Source of the DNA: Candidatus Woesearchaeota archaeon
GTDB taxonomy: Archaea > Nanobdellota > Nanobdellia > Woesearchaeales > SKIA01
Direction: 5' to 3'
Length of the DNA stretch: 64,000 nucleotides
NCBI GenBank assembly: GCA_046704725.1
Contig: JBJKRI010000005.1
Span: forward strand, 128,001-192,000
Shown: piece after piece, positions 9,334 through 18,082 of the stretch
Numbering within the stretch: position 1 is the first letter of the stretch
How the letters are laid out: each line of letters starts with the position of its first letter
Position numbers and translations under genes: made by a program
The notes under the pieces: model-generated
What the model was told of the DNA's origin: nothing
Seen by the model: the letters and a program-made list of their open reading frames with translations, nothing else
Database searches by the model: none

Positions 9334-9885
9334 ATGAGACAAATCCTGATTGACGCCATGAAACTGGGCATCGGCACGTTGGACCTCACGCACGAGCAGG
9401 TCGAGAAGTTCGTCGCGAAGGTCGAGAAGAAGTACGGCAAGGAGATCAAAGACAGCAGGAAGATGGTGGACGACCTGTTCGCGCAAGCGGAGAAGAACCA
9501 ATCCAAGGTCCATCGCAAGATCCAGAAAGAGGTCAAGGACGCGATGCGAAAGCAGAAGCTCGTGAAAGAAGAAGACCTCAAGGCGTTCCAGAAACAGGCC
9601 AAGGCACTGGCCAAGACCTCGCTCCACATGGCCAAGACCGCAAGCGGCGCGATCGCCGACGAAGTCTCCAAGCGCGTCGCCGAAAAGAAGCGGACGACGC
9701 GGCGCAAGAGCGCGAAGCGCGCGACCCGTAAGCGCGCCGCGAAGAAGAGCACTCGCAAGCGAACGGCCAAGAAGACTGCTCGCCGCACGGCGAAGAAATC
9801 AACTCGCAAGCGTCCCGCACGGAAATCGACGCGGAGACGTCCTGCGAAGCGCGCTTCGCGAAGGCGTAACGGACGCAGGAGATAG
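9334..9885 (+). CDS. Phasin-like helical protein with histone-H1-like Lys/Arg-rich tail
   Basis: N-terminal LGIG...LT.E.VEKFV pattern; C-terminal ~60 aa of repeated (K/R)RxAKK(S/T)TRK units. Confidence 0.7.
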   Translation: MRQILIDAMKLGIGTLDLTHEQVEKFVAKVEKKYGKEIKDSRKMVDDLFAQAEKNQSKVHRKIQKEVKDAMRKQKLVKEEDLKAFQKQAKALAKTSLHMAKTASGAIADEVSKRVAEKKRTTRRKSAKRATRKRAAKKSTRKRTAKKTARRTAKKSTRKRPARKSTRRRPAKRASRRRNGRRR

Positions 9886-9887
9886 GA

Positions 9888-11798
9888 TCAGCGCAATTCC
9901 TTCTCGAGGACGGCGATAGCGCCCTTGCGGCTGGTGTTCCTGAGCTTGCTGGCGAGCTTCTCGTCCTTGTACACGTCGAGCACCCAGTCTGCGATATCGT
10001 TGCGCGCGTGCGTGACATGCTTCTCGTAGTCGGCGTCAGGAAGCTCTTTCAATCCGTTGACCAGCTCGCGCAGGCTGCGGATGTGCAGGTCGCTGAGCAC
10101 CAATGCACGCTCCTCGGCTATCTGTTGATTGCCCAGGAAAGCGCTGATACGCGTCCCCGCGCCGGAGAGCTCGAAGTACCTGACACGCGCCAGTCGCTGG
10201 ACGATCATGATGAGCGCGAACAGGGCGACGCAATACAGCAACAGCACGACAAGATACGACCCGACCGCACCCAGACCGAACGAGAACACGAGAGCTCCCT
10301 TGAGCAGTTCAGAGGAGAGCACGAAGGGATTCGCCTTGATGATGAACTGCACGGCGGACGGCAGCGTGCTCACAGGGAGCACCAATCCGCTCACGAACAG
10401 CAGCACGGAAGACACCGCGATAGCGGCGAGCATGACGCCCTCCTGGTTGCGGAAGATATAGCCGAGCAGCATGCCCAAGAGCGAGAAGAAGGTCACTGCC
10501 AACAACAACGCGAGAATCGTCGTCCCGATGGCGGCGGGGAACGCGATGGAGAACAGTGTCGCGGCGAGGAAGATGATGAAGAGCTGCAACGCGAGGACGA
10601 TGAGAGTGGTCACATAGGTCGCGACGACGAAGAGCCATGGCGGCGTGGGTGTGGTGAAATTCCTGAAGTACGCGCTCGATCGGCGCTCACGCACGATGAC
10701 CGTGCTCGCGAGCAATACGGCGGTGAACATGATGATGAGGGCGAGGAAGGATGGGAACGCGAAGGCGAAGCGGCTCTGCTGAGAGACGACCGGCTCGAGG
10801 ACAGGAACGATGGGATGCGTGATGTCCTGCTGGGTCACGCCGAGCGACGAGAGCCTCTGGTGGGTCGCGTCCACGCTCGACAGCACCGCATCTACGGTGT
10901 CGCTGGCGGAAGAGACGCCGTTGCCGACCTGCTCGGCCTGCAGGGACAATGCCTGTGCGCGCTTCTGCGACTGCTGGACCTGTGTCTGCAACGAGTCGAG
11001 GCCGGACAGCAACGTGGAGAACGTGGTGTCGGCGGAGGTCGTGGAACGGTTCTCGATGGTGGATAACTGGGTCTCGTAGGCATTCACGTTCGATTGCATC
11101 GATGAGCTGTTGTCACTGGTGGCTGCGGCGCTGTAGTCAGCGAGCACCTGGGTGGCGAGCGCCTTGTAGTCGTCGCGGGCCTTCTGCGTCTGGTCGATAG
11201 CGTCAGAGACCTGTGCGCGGCTCACCAGCTGTACACTCAGCTGCAATCCCATGAGGTCATGCGAGAGCGAGGACGCTTGGGTCGCCTGGTTCTGCAGCAC
11301 GACAGATGCGCTCTGCAGGTTGTCGGAATCCGTCTTGAGCGACCCGCTCGCATTGGCCACCGCTCCGAGCAATTGCCCTGTCAGGCTTTCGCGCACCGTT
11401 GACGAACGGTTCTCCAATTGTCCGGTCACGCGGTCGATGACAGAATACACGACATTGACGTCCGACGGGTCCACGTAGATGCGGGCCTGCGGAGGCGTTC
11501 CCGGCGAGAACGCGACGCAAGACACGATCATCCCTTGACGGACGGCGTCCGCGCAGGTCTTTGCATCGGTGAAGGACGTGACGGTGAAGGCGTCCTTGAG
11601 GGACTGCACGTAGCCGTCGACGCTCGCGTTGCCGCTCACGACACCGACCGTCAGCTGCGTGCCACCACCATGGCTGAAGACGAGCCCGACGAGCAGGACG
11701 ACGAGCAGCGGGCCCAGGACGACGGCGAGCGTGCTCGAACGGCTGCGCAGCAAGAGCTTGATGTCCTTTCCGATCATCATAAGAAGTTCGCGGATCAT
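9888..11798 (-). CDS. ABC-2 type transporter permease with long extracellular coiled coil
   Basis: KDIKLLLR, N-terminal TM, large helical domain, six C-terminal TMs; ATGA overlap with ATPase gene. Confidence 0.85.
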   Translation of the reverse strand: MIRELLMMIGKDIKLLLRSRSSTLAVVLGPLLVVLLVGLVFSHGGGTQLTVGVVSGNASVDGYVQSLKDAFTVTSFTDAKTCADAVRQGMIVSCVAFSPGTPPQARIYVDPSDVNVVYSVIDRVTGQLENRSSTVRESLTGQLLGAVANASGSLKTDSDNLQSASVVLQNQATQASSLSHDLMGLQLSVQLVSRAQVSDAIDQTQKARDDYKALATQVLADYSAAATSDNSSSMQSNVNAYETQLSTIENRSTTSADTTFSTLLSGLDSLQTQVQQSQKRAQALSLQAEQVGNGVSSASDTVDAVLSSVDATHQRLSSLGVTQQDITHPIVPVLEPVVSQQSRFAFAFPSFLALIIMFTAVLLASTVIVRERRSSAYFRNFTTPTPPWLFVVATYVTTLIVLALQLFIIFLAATLFSIAFPAAIGTTILALLLAVTFFSLLGMLLGYIFRNQEGVMLAAIAVSSVLLFVSGLVLPVSTLPSAVQFIIKANPFVLSSELLKGALVFSFGLGAVGSYLVVLLLYCVALFALIMIVQRLARVRYFELSGAGTRISAFLGNQQIAEERALVLSDLHIRSLRELVNGLKELPDADYEKHVTHARNDIADWVLDVYKDEKLASKLRNTSRKGAIAVLEKELR

Positions 11799-12769
11799 CG
11801 CGAATCCTCCTCGCCCAAGCGGAGGAACACTTCGTCGAGCGACGCCCCCGCGACGCGCAGGTCGGTCACGGATTCCTTGGCGGAGCGCGCCGAGGACAGG
11901 ATATGCCCCAATGCTTTCTCGACATCCTTGGCGGTGACGATGAGCGATTGCCCGTCCTGCGTCACCTCGGTGATGCTGTTGTGCGTGAGCTTGGGGATGA
12001 GCTTGTCGTACTTGCCGGGATAGGTCTGCAAGAAGATCGTCTCGGTCTTGATGTATTGCTTCTTGATGTTGTCGGGAGTGTCCACCCCCAGGAGCTTGCC
12101 GTGATGGACGATCGCGACGCGGTCGCACAACGTCTCCACGTCTGCGAGTAGGTGGCTCGAGACGATAACCGTTGTACCCTGCTTGTTGATCTTACGGATG
12201 ATGTCCCAGATGTGCTTGCGCAAGAACGGGTCGAGGTCCGCTGTCGGCTCGTCGAGAATGAGGACCCGCGGACGATGCACCATGGCGCACGCCAGGTCGA
12301 GCCGGCGCTGCATACCGCCGGAGAGGTTCTCGCCTAAGGTGTTGCGCGCCTCGGTCAGGTCCATGAGCTGCAGCAGGATATCGGCTGTCCGCTCAGCCGC
12401 CGCCTTCGGGATGCCTTGCAGGGCGGCGAAGTACTCGAGGTTCTCTTGCGCGGTGAGGTTCATGTAGATGCTCGGGTGCTGGCTGGCGAAGCCGAAGATG
12501 CGCTTGACCGCGTCGGTGTGGCGCGAGACGCTCGTGTACAGCTCGTGCTGGTGCCCCTTGATGTATCGCGAGCGAATGAGGATGTCACCCTTCTCGGGCT
12601 TGAAGAAACCGATGAGCAATCGCAGCAACGTGGTCTTGCCGCTTCCGGATGGACCGATGACGCCGAATATCTCGCCTTCCCTGACGTCGAGATTGACATC
12701 GTAGAGGATGACCCTGTCGCCGAGGATCTTCACGACGGATTGCGCGCGTATCAGGTCCTTATCGGCCAC
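11795..12769 (-). CDS. ABC transporter ATP-binding protein
   Basis: GPSGSGKTT, LSGGMQRR, ILDEPT, SSH. Confidence 0.95.
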   Translation of the reverse strand: MADKDLIRAQSVVKILGDRVILYDVNLDVREGEIFGVIGPSGSGKTTLLRLLIGFFKPEKGDILIRSRYIKGHQHELYTSVSRHTDAVKRIFGFASQHPSIYMNLTAQENLEYFAALQGIPKAAAERTADILLQLMDLTEARNTLGENLSGGMQRRLDLACAMVHRPRVLILDEPTADLDPFLRKHIWDIIRKINKQGTTVIVSSHLLADVETLCDRVAIVHHGKLLGVDTPDNIKKQYIKTETIFLQTYPGKYDKLIPKLTHNSITEVTQDGQSLIVTAKDVEKALGHILSSARSAKESVTDLRVAGASLDEVFLRLGEEDSR

Positions 12770-12826
12770 TGTTCCCCCCTCCGGAATGGACGGCGAGGGG
12801 CACCTTTTAATGGTTTCTGTCTGTGG

Positions 12827-13348
12827 TCAGGCGCGGTAGCGCTGCAGGAACGAGACGATGAGGATGCCGACGAGCATGGCTCCGGCGCCGAGGAGGACCC
12901 ACGGCCAGACGGGAGTCGACGCGGCGGGGGCCGCTACAGGCGCCATGGTTATCTGCGCCTCCATGGGCTGCACAGTCGGCGGGCGGAGGGCGAAGTAGGT
13001 TATCGCCGCGGCAGCGACGGTGAGGACGAGGCCGCCGAGGATGGTGGGTGGTTCCGCGAGACGGCGCGTGCTGATGACGACGTGCTCGGACGCCAATTTG
13101 TAGTGGCGCACCTCCTTTCCCTTCTCGGAGTACGTGTACTCGTCGGAGCGCACGAGACCGGCCTCCTGCAGTCTTTGCACGTTGTAATGGACGGTCGAGA
13201 GCGGCAATCCTAATTCTTTTCCCAGAGCGGTCTCGGACTTGCTCTTGTCCGACACGGCGTCCATGATGCGTCGTGCGGTGTCGTTGCCAAGAAGCTGCGC
13301 GACCTTCTTCGCGCGGTCGGCGGACAGTTCGAGATGCAGGATGCTCAT
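12827..13348 (-). CDS. Membrane-anchored ArsR-like HTH transcription regulator
   Basis: L.N.TARRI, SE..L.KELGLPLSTVHYN...L.EAGLV, YSEKGKEV; two C-terminal TM segments. Confidence 0.85.
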   Translation of the reverse strand: MSILHLELSADRAKKVAQLLGNDTARRIMDAVSDKSKSETALGKELGLPLSTVHYNVQRLQEAGLVRSDEYTYSEKGKEVRHYKLASEHVVISTRRLAEPPTILGGLVLTVAAAAITYFALRPPTVQPMEAQITMAPVAAPAASTPVWPWVLLGAGAMLVGILIVSFLQRYRA

Positions 13349-13371
13349 CTGTCCGGCGAGAGATGCGCGGC

Positions 13372-14463
13372 TTAAGAAGCTTTTGCAAGCCCGTCGGTCA
13401 CGCGTTCGGAGAAGGCCTTCCGGAATTCTTCCCAACTCTTCTCCGGGATGAACGCGCCCGCGGCGGGTGCGTGGCCGCCTCCGGTGCCGCCGAAACGCGG
13501 CGTGAGCTCACGCAGGATGTTCCCGAGATGGACTGTCGCGTGCTGGAAACGCGTGTTGACGGAGTAGCCGTCGACCTGCTCGCGATAGCCCGCGAAGACC
13601 CGGTCCGGATATTTCACGGAGATGAGCGTGGTGACCCATCCATTGATGGAGTACTTGCTCTCGATGGGCAGCCAGTGCACCGCTCCCATCTTCTCGGCGA
13701 GCCCGAGCCCGCGACGGACGTAGTCGTTCACCTCGTCGATGACCTGGCTGCAGGGGTTGCCGAGTTCCAGCGCGTTCACGAATGATTCCTGCTCTTTCAG
13801 AGATTCGACGTAGGACAAGAGCTCTTGTTCGCCCGCGGCGCTGCAGCACTCGATGGCTTCAGCGATCTTGCCGAAGTCTGAGGTGTAGGGGTCCTCTGGG
13901 AGTGTGATGTCGTTGCGCTCGGCCTCCTCCTCGAGGAAGGATCTGAAGCGCACCGAGGCGTTGTCGCCGAGGATTCCGAGGCATGCGAGCCAGCCCAGGT
14001 CCGCTGCTTCCTCCACGGACTGGCACAGGTCGTAGATGAGCTTGGCGCTCGGTATCTTCGAGCCGTCGACGCCGTACACCACTTTCGGATGGACGAAGAC
14101 CGCGTCGTCGTACTCCTGCACGAAATGATGGTCGATGATGATGAGCGGCACATCGGGGAAGACCTCGCGGAGCCTCTCGTAATGGCCGTAGCTCTTGGGG
14201 TCCTGGTCGGTGATGCACAGGACCTCCGGGTCGAACCGCTCTTTGATGCGCACGAGCTCCTCATGCGCCATGCCCATGCCTCTGCCCACGCGCGTGGAGG
14301 CCGTGGCTTTCGCGCCCAAGCGCTCCAGGGTGTGCCGCAGCAGCAGCCCGCCGCTGATGCCGTCCACGTCGTAATCGTGGATGACATGGGTGCGCTTTCC
14401 TTTCGTGTTGCGCAGGAAGTCCTGCGCTTCTCTCCAGCGCTTCTTATCGATGATGATGTCCAT
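13372..14463 (-). CDS. DHH-family phosphoesterase (RecJ-like, DHHA1)
   Basis: HDYDVDG, TD, IIDHH, GD, GGGHAPAAGA. Confidence 0.9.
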   Translation of the reverse strand: MDIIIDKKRWREAQDFLRNTKGKRTHVIHDYDVDGISGGLLLRHTLERLGAKATASTRVGRGMGMAHEELVRIKERFDPEVLCITDQDPKSYGHYERLREVFPDVPLIIIDHHFVQEYDDAVFVHPKVVYGVDGSKIPSAKLIYDLCQSVEEAADLGWLACLGILGDNASVRFRSFLEEEAERNDITLPEDPYTSDFGKIAEAIECCSAAGEQELLSYVESLKEQESFVNALELGNPCSQVIDEVNDYVRRGLGLAEKMGAVHWLPIESKYSINGWVTTLISVKYPDRVFAGYREQVDGYSVNTRFQHATVHLGNILRELTPRFGGTGGGHAPAAGAFIPEKSWEEFRKAFSERVTDGLAKAS

Positions 14464-14503
14464 TCCGGTGCGCCGGGAGCGTGGCTTAAAGCGTTTGCGG
14501 TGC

Positions 14504-14791
14504 TCAGGCCGCGCGGCGAGCGATGTACCTGTCGAGTTCCGGCACCCCTTCCAGCCAGCGGTTCACATTGTGCTGCGGCTCCTCGCGGAGCTCTTCAGCC
14601 ATTCGCCGGAGCGCGAGATCCATCGCGATGCGCTGAAGGGGGTTCGCCTTGTTGCCGGCGAGGTTCTGCCAGACGTGCGGGAGGTGCTCCTGATAGAGGC
14701 GATCCACCATCCCCGTCTCGTCGAACTGGGTGACTGCAGCGCTGAGGAACTGGTATTCATTGTGGACGACGTTCTCGAACTGCGTCCGCAT
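14504..14791 (-). CDS. Hypothetical orphan protein (start uncertain)
   Basis: Open frame with helical protein-like composition between DHH gene and RNase P RNA. Confidence 0.45.
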   Translation of the reverse strand: MRTQFENVVHNEYQFLSAAVTQFDETGMVDRLYQEHLPHVWQNLAGNKANPLQRIAMDLALRRMAEELREEPQHNVNRWLEGVPELDRYIARRAA

Positions 14792-14980
14792 GTATCGTGC
14801 ATTATGCGTCGTCACACGCGGGAGCAGGCCGTTCGCGCTCGGCCGGTGTAAATGACGGTTGGATGTCATTCCCGTCGTAGTAAGGCGCTCGGATATAAAC
14901 GTTAGCATCTTTTACGTCCTTTACAGTGGTGATACGCCTATTTCGTCGTATTTAAAAAGAGTCGGTGGTTTCTCCGCTGT

Positions 14981-15342
14981 GCGTAGGGCGTCACGCGGCA
15001 ATCGGAGACGCGCAGTCCTGGAGAAGCGTTCCAAGGTTTCATCCGGGTTCAAGGCGCGCCGCTGAGGAACGTCCGCCCACCGAGTACAAGGAACCCGAAA
15101 GGGAGGGGGAAACCCCCTGGCAAACCGCACAAGAGACGATACCGTGCGCGAGGAGGATGATGGGCTGTGCCTGCCGGCGACGGCGGGAGGAGGCCCTGAC
15201 GCTCTCGCGCGAGAGGCTGAGACGGCGAGTCCCTTCCTGGTGCAACCGCTTCGAGCGGGCACAGGAGAATGCCGCAGGCCGGATCGGCGGGTATGTAGCC
15301 CCGCTTCGCCGGCCACAGAAGGCGGCGTACGGCGCCCTACGC
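14981..15342 (+). ncRNA. rnpB: RNase P RNA
   Basis: P1 GCGTAGGGCGTC/GGCGCCCTACGC; CR-I GAGGAACGTCCGCC pairs with CR-V ACAGAAGGCGGCGTA (P4); GGTGCAA; TTTAAAAA box at 14951. Confidence 0.92.
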
Positions 15343-15390
15343 ATTTCTTCTCACCGAAAACCGTATAAGCTCCTCTCTGCGAGAGCGGGT

Positions 15391-15756
15391 ATGGACGTGT
15401 GGGGCAGGGTACGAAAGACGGTCTTCGGGCCCCCTACTACAGACTGGTATGTGGAGCTGTCTGAGACGCGCGCTCGGCTCTACAAGGTGCGAGGCGGTGA
15501 GATTCTCCAGCAATTCACCCGGAGCCAGCATCCGGAAGCTCCCGCAGGGGACCACTCCCGATGGTATATCCCGCTGAGTATCGAGACACTGACCGATGGC
15601 ACGCGGGTGGAGCGTGATATGGATGCTCCGCTCATCGTTGCTGAGCCGGTTCCGGGAGATCCGAAGGGCCTCGCAGAGATTCGAATCCTCTATCCTGGCG
15701 GCGCTGTCCAGAAAGGACTGCTCGTGCGTCTTGGCCCGAACGGCCAACACCATTAA
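15391..15756 (+). CDS. Hypothetical orphan protein
   Basis: TATAAG box about 25 nt before ATG 15391; fills gap. Confidence 0.55.
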   Translation: MDVWGRVRKTVFGPPTTDWYVELSETRARLYKVRGGEILQQFTRSQHPEAPAGDHSRWYIPLSIETLTDGTRVERDMDAPLIVAEPVPGDPKGLAEIRILYPGGAVQKGLLVRLGPNGQHH

Positions 15757-15780
15757 AAACCCCGACGCGTTCACACGCAT

Positions 15781-15942
15781 ATGGCGAAAGACGACAAGAT
15801 CCGCATGCCCAGCTCGATGGCGGGCATCACGCAGTATTTCGACGAGGCGACCAGCAATGTCGTCGTCACGCCAAAACAGGTCATCATCCTGATCGTGGCC
15901 GTCGTGCTCTTCGTGATCGCGCTGCACGTGCTCGTGCACTAA
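15781..15942 (+). CDS. secG: Preprotein translocase subunit Sec61beta (not in ORF track)
   Basis: MAKDDKIRMPSSMAGITQYFDE...TPKQVI plus one TM helix, 53 aa. Confidence 0.9.
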   Translation: MAKDDKIRMPSSMAGITQYFDEATSNVVVTPKQVIILIVAVVLFVIALHVLVH

Positions 15943-15974
15943 ACATTCTTAAAGCGCCGCGCCGTTCTCCGAAC

Positions 15975-16316
15975 ATGCTCCCCGGAATGAATCCCAAGCA
16001 GGCCGCGAAGATGATGAAGCAGATGGGCATCAAGCAAGAGCCCGTCCCCGCCGTGCGCGTCGAGGTCGTCATGGCCGACGGCTCGCGCCTCGTCTTCGAG
16101 GAACCGGAGCTCCTCAAGGTGGACATGATGGGACAGGAGATGTACCAATTAACCGGCGTGCCGCACGAGGAATCCGCCGATCCGACGCCGGAGATCTCCG
16201 ACGAGGACGTCAAGACGGTCATGGACCAGACCGGAGCGACGGAGGAAGAGGCCCGCAGCGCAATCGAGGACGCGGGCGGGGATCTCGCCGACGCCATCAT
16301 GCAACTCAGTGAGTAG
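15975..16316 (+). CDS. nac: Archaeal nascent polypeptide-associated complex protein
   Basis: MNPKQ..KMMKQMGI, MGQ..YQ..G, UBA-like EDV..V..QTG...EEA..A.....GDLA.AI. Confidence 0.93.
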   Translation: MLPGMNPKQAAKMMKQMGIKQEPVPAVRVEVVMADGSRLVFEEPELLKVDMMGQEMYQLTGVPHEESADPTPEISDEDVKTVMDQTGATEEEARSAIEDAGGDLADAIMQLSE

Positions 16317-16347
16317 CTTTTTATCCTTCGGCCGTCTAGGAGGGGGA

Positions 16348-16764
16348 ATGGATCGCGTCGTCATCGCCGAGCACCTGCTCAACAACAGCTATCCGGCGCT
16401 CAAGGACCCCAAGATATTGCTGTCGGTCGTGCAGAACCTGCTCGACGCCATCGAGGAGCGCGTCACCGCAAGCCTCGAGGAAGCACGCAAGAACCATGAG
16501 ATACCGCCCTACAGCGACACGCTCAACGGCAAGCTCACCGCCTACAGGATGCACCTGGCGAAGAAGAAAGGCGTGCATCCCGTGGACTTCATGCTCGTTT
16601 CGGAACTCCAGGAGCTGTTGACGCAGCACGACAGCGCACCGGTCGAGTTCCGGCGAAAGGACGCCCTGGTCATCGCGGACGCGGACTACAGGCTCTCCAC
16701 ATTGACCAAAGAGAAGACAAAGACATATATAGAACGCACAAAATCGCTGCTGACGCGCGCATGA
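16348..16764 (+). CDS. Hypothetical helical protein
   Basis: GGAGG SD; A.HLL..SYP..KDPK.LL; VEFRRKD; coupled to next gene. Confidence 0.75.
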   Translation: MDRVVIAEHLLNNSYPALKDPKILLSVVQNLLDAIEERVTASLEEARKNHEIPPYSDTLNGKLTAYRMHLAKKKGVHPVDFMLVSELQELLTQHDSAPVEFRRKDALVIADADYRLSTLTKEKTKTYIERTKSLLTRA

Positions 16765-17252
16765 CCGAAGAATCCGAATTTCTCGAGGAGGCCGTCGAAG
16801 AGCTCAAGCGCGTGGACCACCTGGTCTACGTCTCGCTCAAGTACACTCGAACAGTCGATGTGCTGCTCAACATCATCAACCGCATGATCGACGGCTACGA
16901 GGAGATGTGGAACGCATTGCTGGCGCGGCTGCACAACGAGAAGAAGATAGAGGAGGTGCCGACAGCCCCCATCGTGAAAGCGAACGTCATCCTCGACAAC
17001 TACGAGCAGCAGGAGATACAGGACAACGTCCAATTGTACCTGCTCTTGCGCAAGCTGCACCGCTCGAATCCTGAACGGGAACAGGAGTACCGGCGCCACG
17101 TCACGATGCGCACGATCATCGACGGGCGCGAGGAGATCGTGAACATCGACATCATCACCCAATACTACCACATGCAGAAATCCTTTCTCATGTGGCTGTA
17201 CCAGTTCTTCAAGCCGCCCGAAGAGCCCGCGAAGAAGAAAAAGAAGAAGTAG
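16761..17252 (+). CDS. Hypothetical helical protein, possibly paralogous to preceding gene
   Basis: EELKRVDHLVYVSLKYTRTVDV, EYRRHVTM; ATGA overlap. Confidence 0.8.
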   Translation: MTEESEFLEEAVEELKRVDHLVYVSLKYTRTVDVLLNIINRMIDGYEEMWNALLARLHNEKKIEEVPTAPIVKANVILDNYEQQEIQDNVQLYLLLRKLHRSNPEREQEYRRHVTMRTIIDGREEIVNIDIITQYYHMQKSFLMWLYQFFKPPEEPAKKKKKK

Positions 17253-17277
17253 TGCAGCACGATCATTGGATTCCACG

Positions 17278-17726
17278 ATGAAGGACATCTACCTCACCTC
17301 AACGCTCAAGCACGAATGGAACAGGGATTTCAACCCCTTGCTGTGCCAAGAGCTTGAGAAACGCGGCTTTTCATGCCATCTCCCCAGCGGGACACCGATC
17401 AGGACGGCACTTCGGAAGATAAGTACGTCCAGAACATCGCGGCCATGGACGATGCTCGTCTTGTCATCGCCGTGGGCGAGCATGAGAGTGTGAACTGGGG
17501 ATTAGAGGTCGGCTACGCTTTCGGGAAAGGGCAGCCTGTGGTGCTTCTCACGCAGTCTGAGCACTTCATCCCTGTCATGTCACTCGGCATGTATGCCGAA
17601 ATCGTCCGTGCAGACGATCTGGACCGTATCGAGGCGTATATCGAAACGTTGGAGCGGGCCTGTCGACGTTCAATCGCCGCGCTGGAGGACGCTCCTGTAC
17701 CTGCGGCGACTCGAGAAGGCGTGTAG
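17278..17726 (+). pseudogene. Nucleoside 2-deoxyribosyltransferase-like gene with a 1-nt frameshift
   Basis: MKDIYLTS...GFSCHLP continues in another frame as PQRD...GLEVGYAFGKGQPV; shift lies in the CCCC run at 17382-17385. Confidence 0.75.
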
Positions 17727-18082
17727 CGTCATACTTCTTCACACGTTTACCGGAATCTCTATTTAAACACAGCCAAATCTTTAAATACGATTCCGCCATC
17801 CCGCTCATTGCGCACGGCATAGGTCCTTCCACAAGCGAGGCGTGACGCCTAGCGATGAATGCGGAGCCACAACCGCGCGCATCAGCCCTCAACGAGAGTA
17901 CCCGTACGAGCTCACGGTGACACCACCAACGCTATGAAGGCGGGAGTTAGTTGCGAGGGCATCACCATCACCCGACATCACCGCATCACCACTCACAATC
18001 ACGACGCGCCGGCACGGGAGCACCTGCCGGCAAGACGCAAGTGATTTCTTGAGGGCAGACGGTGGTGGGAGGACCACCACAA

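Noticed and set aside
14921-15390. ORFs across 14921-15390, including the 5' part of 14965-15756
   Set aside because: The region is explained by the RNase P RNA; only the part from ATG 15391 is kept as a CDS.
17800-18080. SRP RNA or a His-rich leader peptide upstream of dnaG
   Set aside because: No SRP helix-8 GNRA/AGCA motif in the right geometry; the His-rich frame has only a TTG start right after a stop and no logical link to dnaG.
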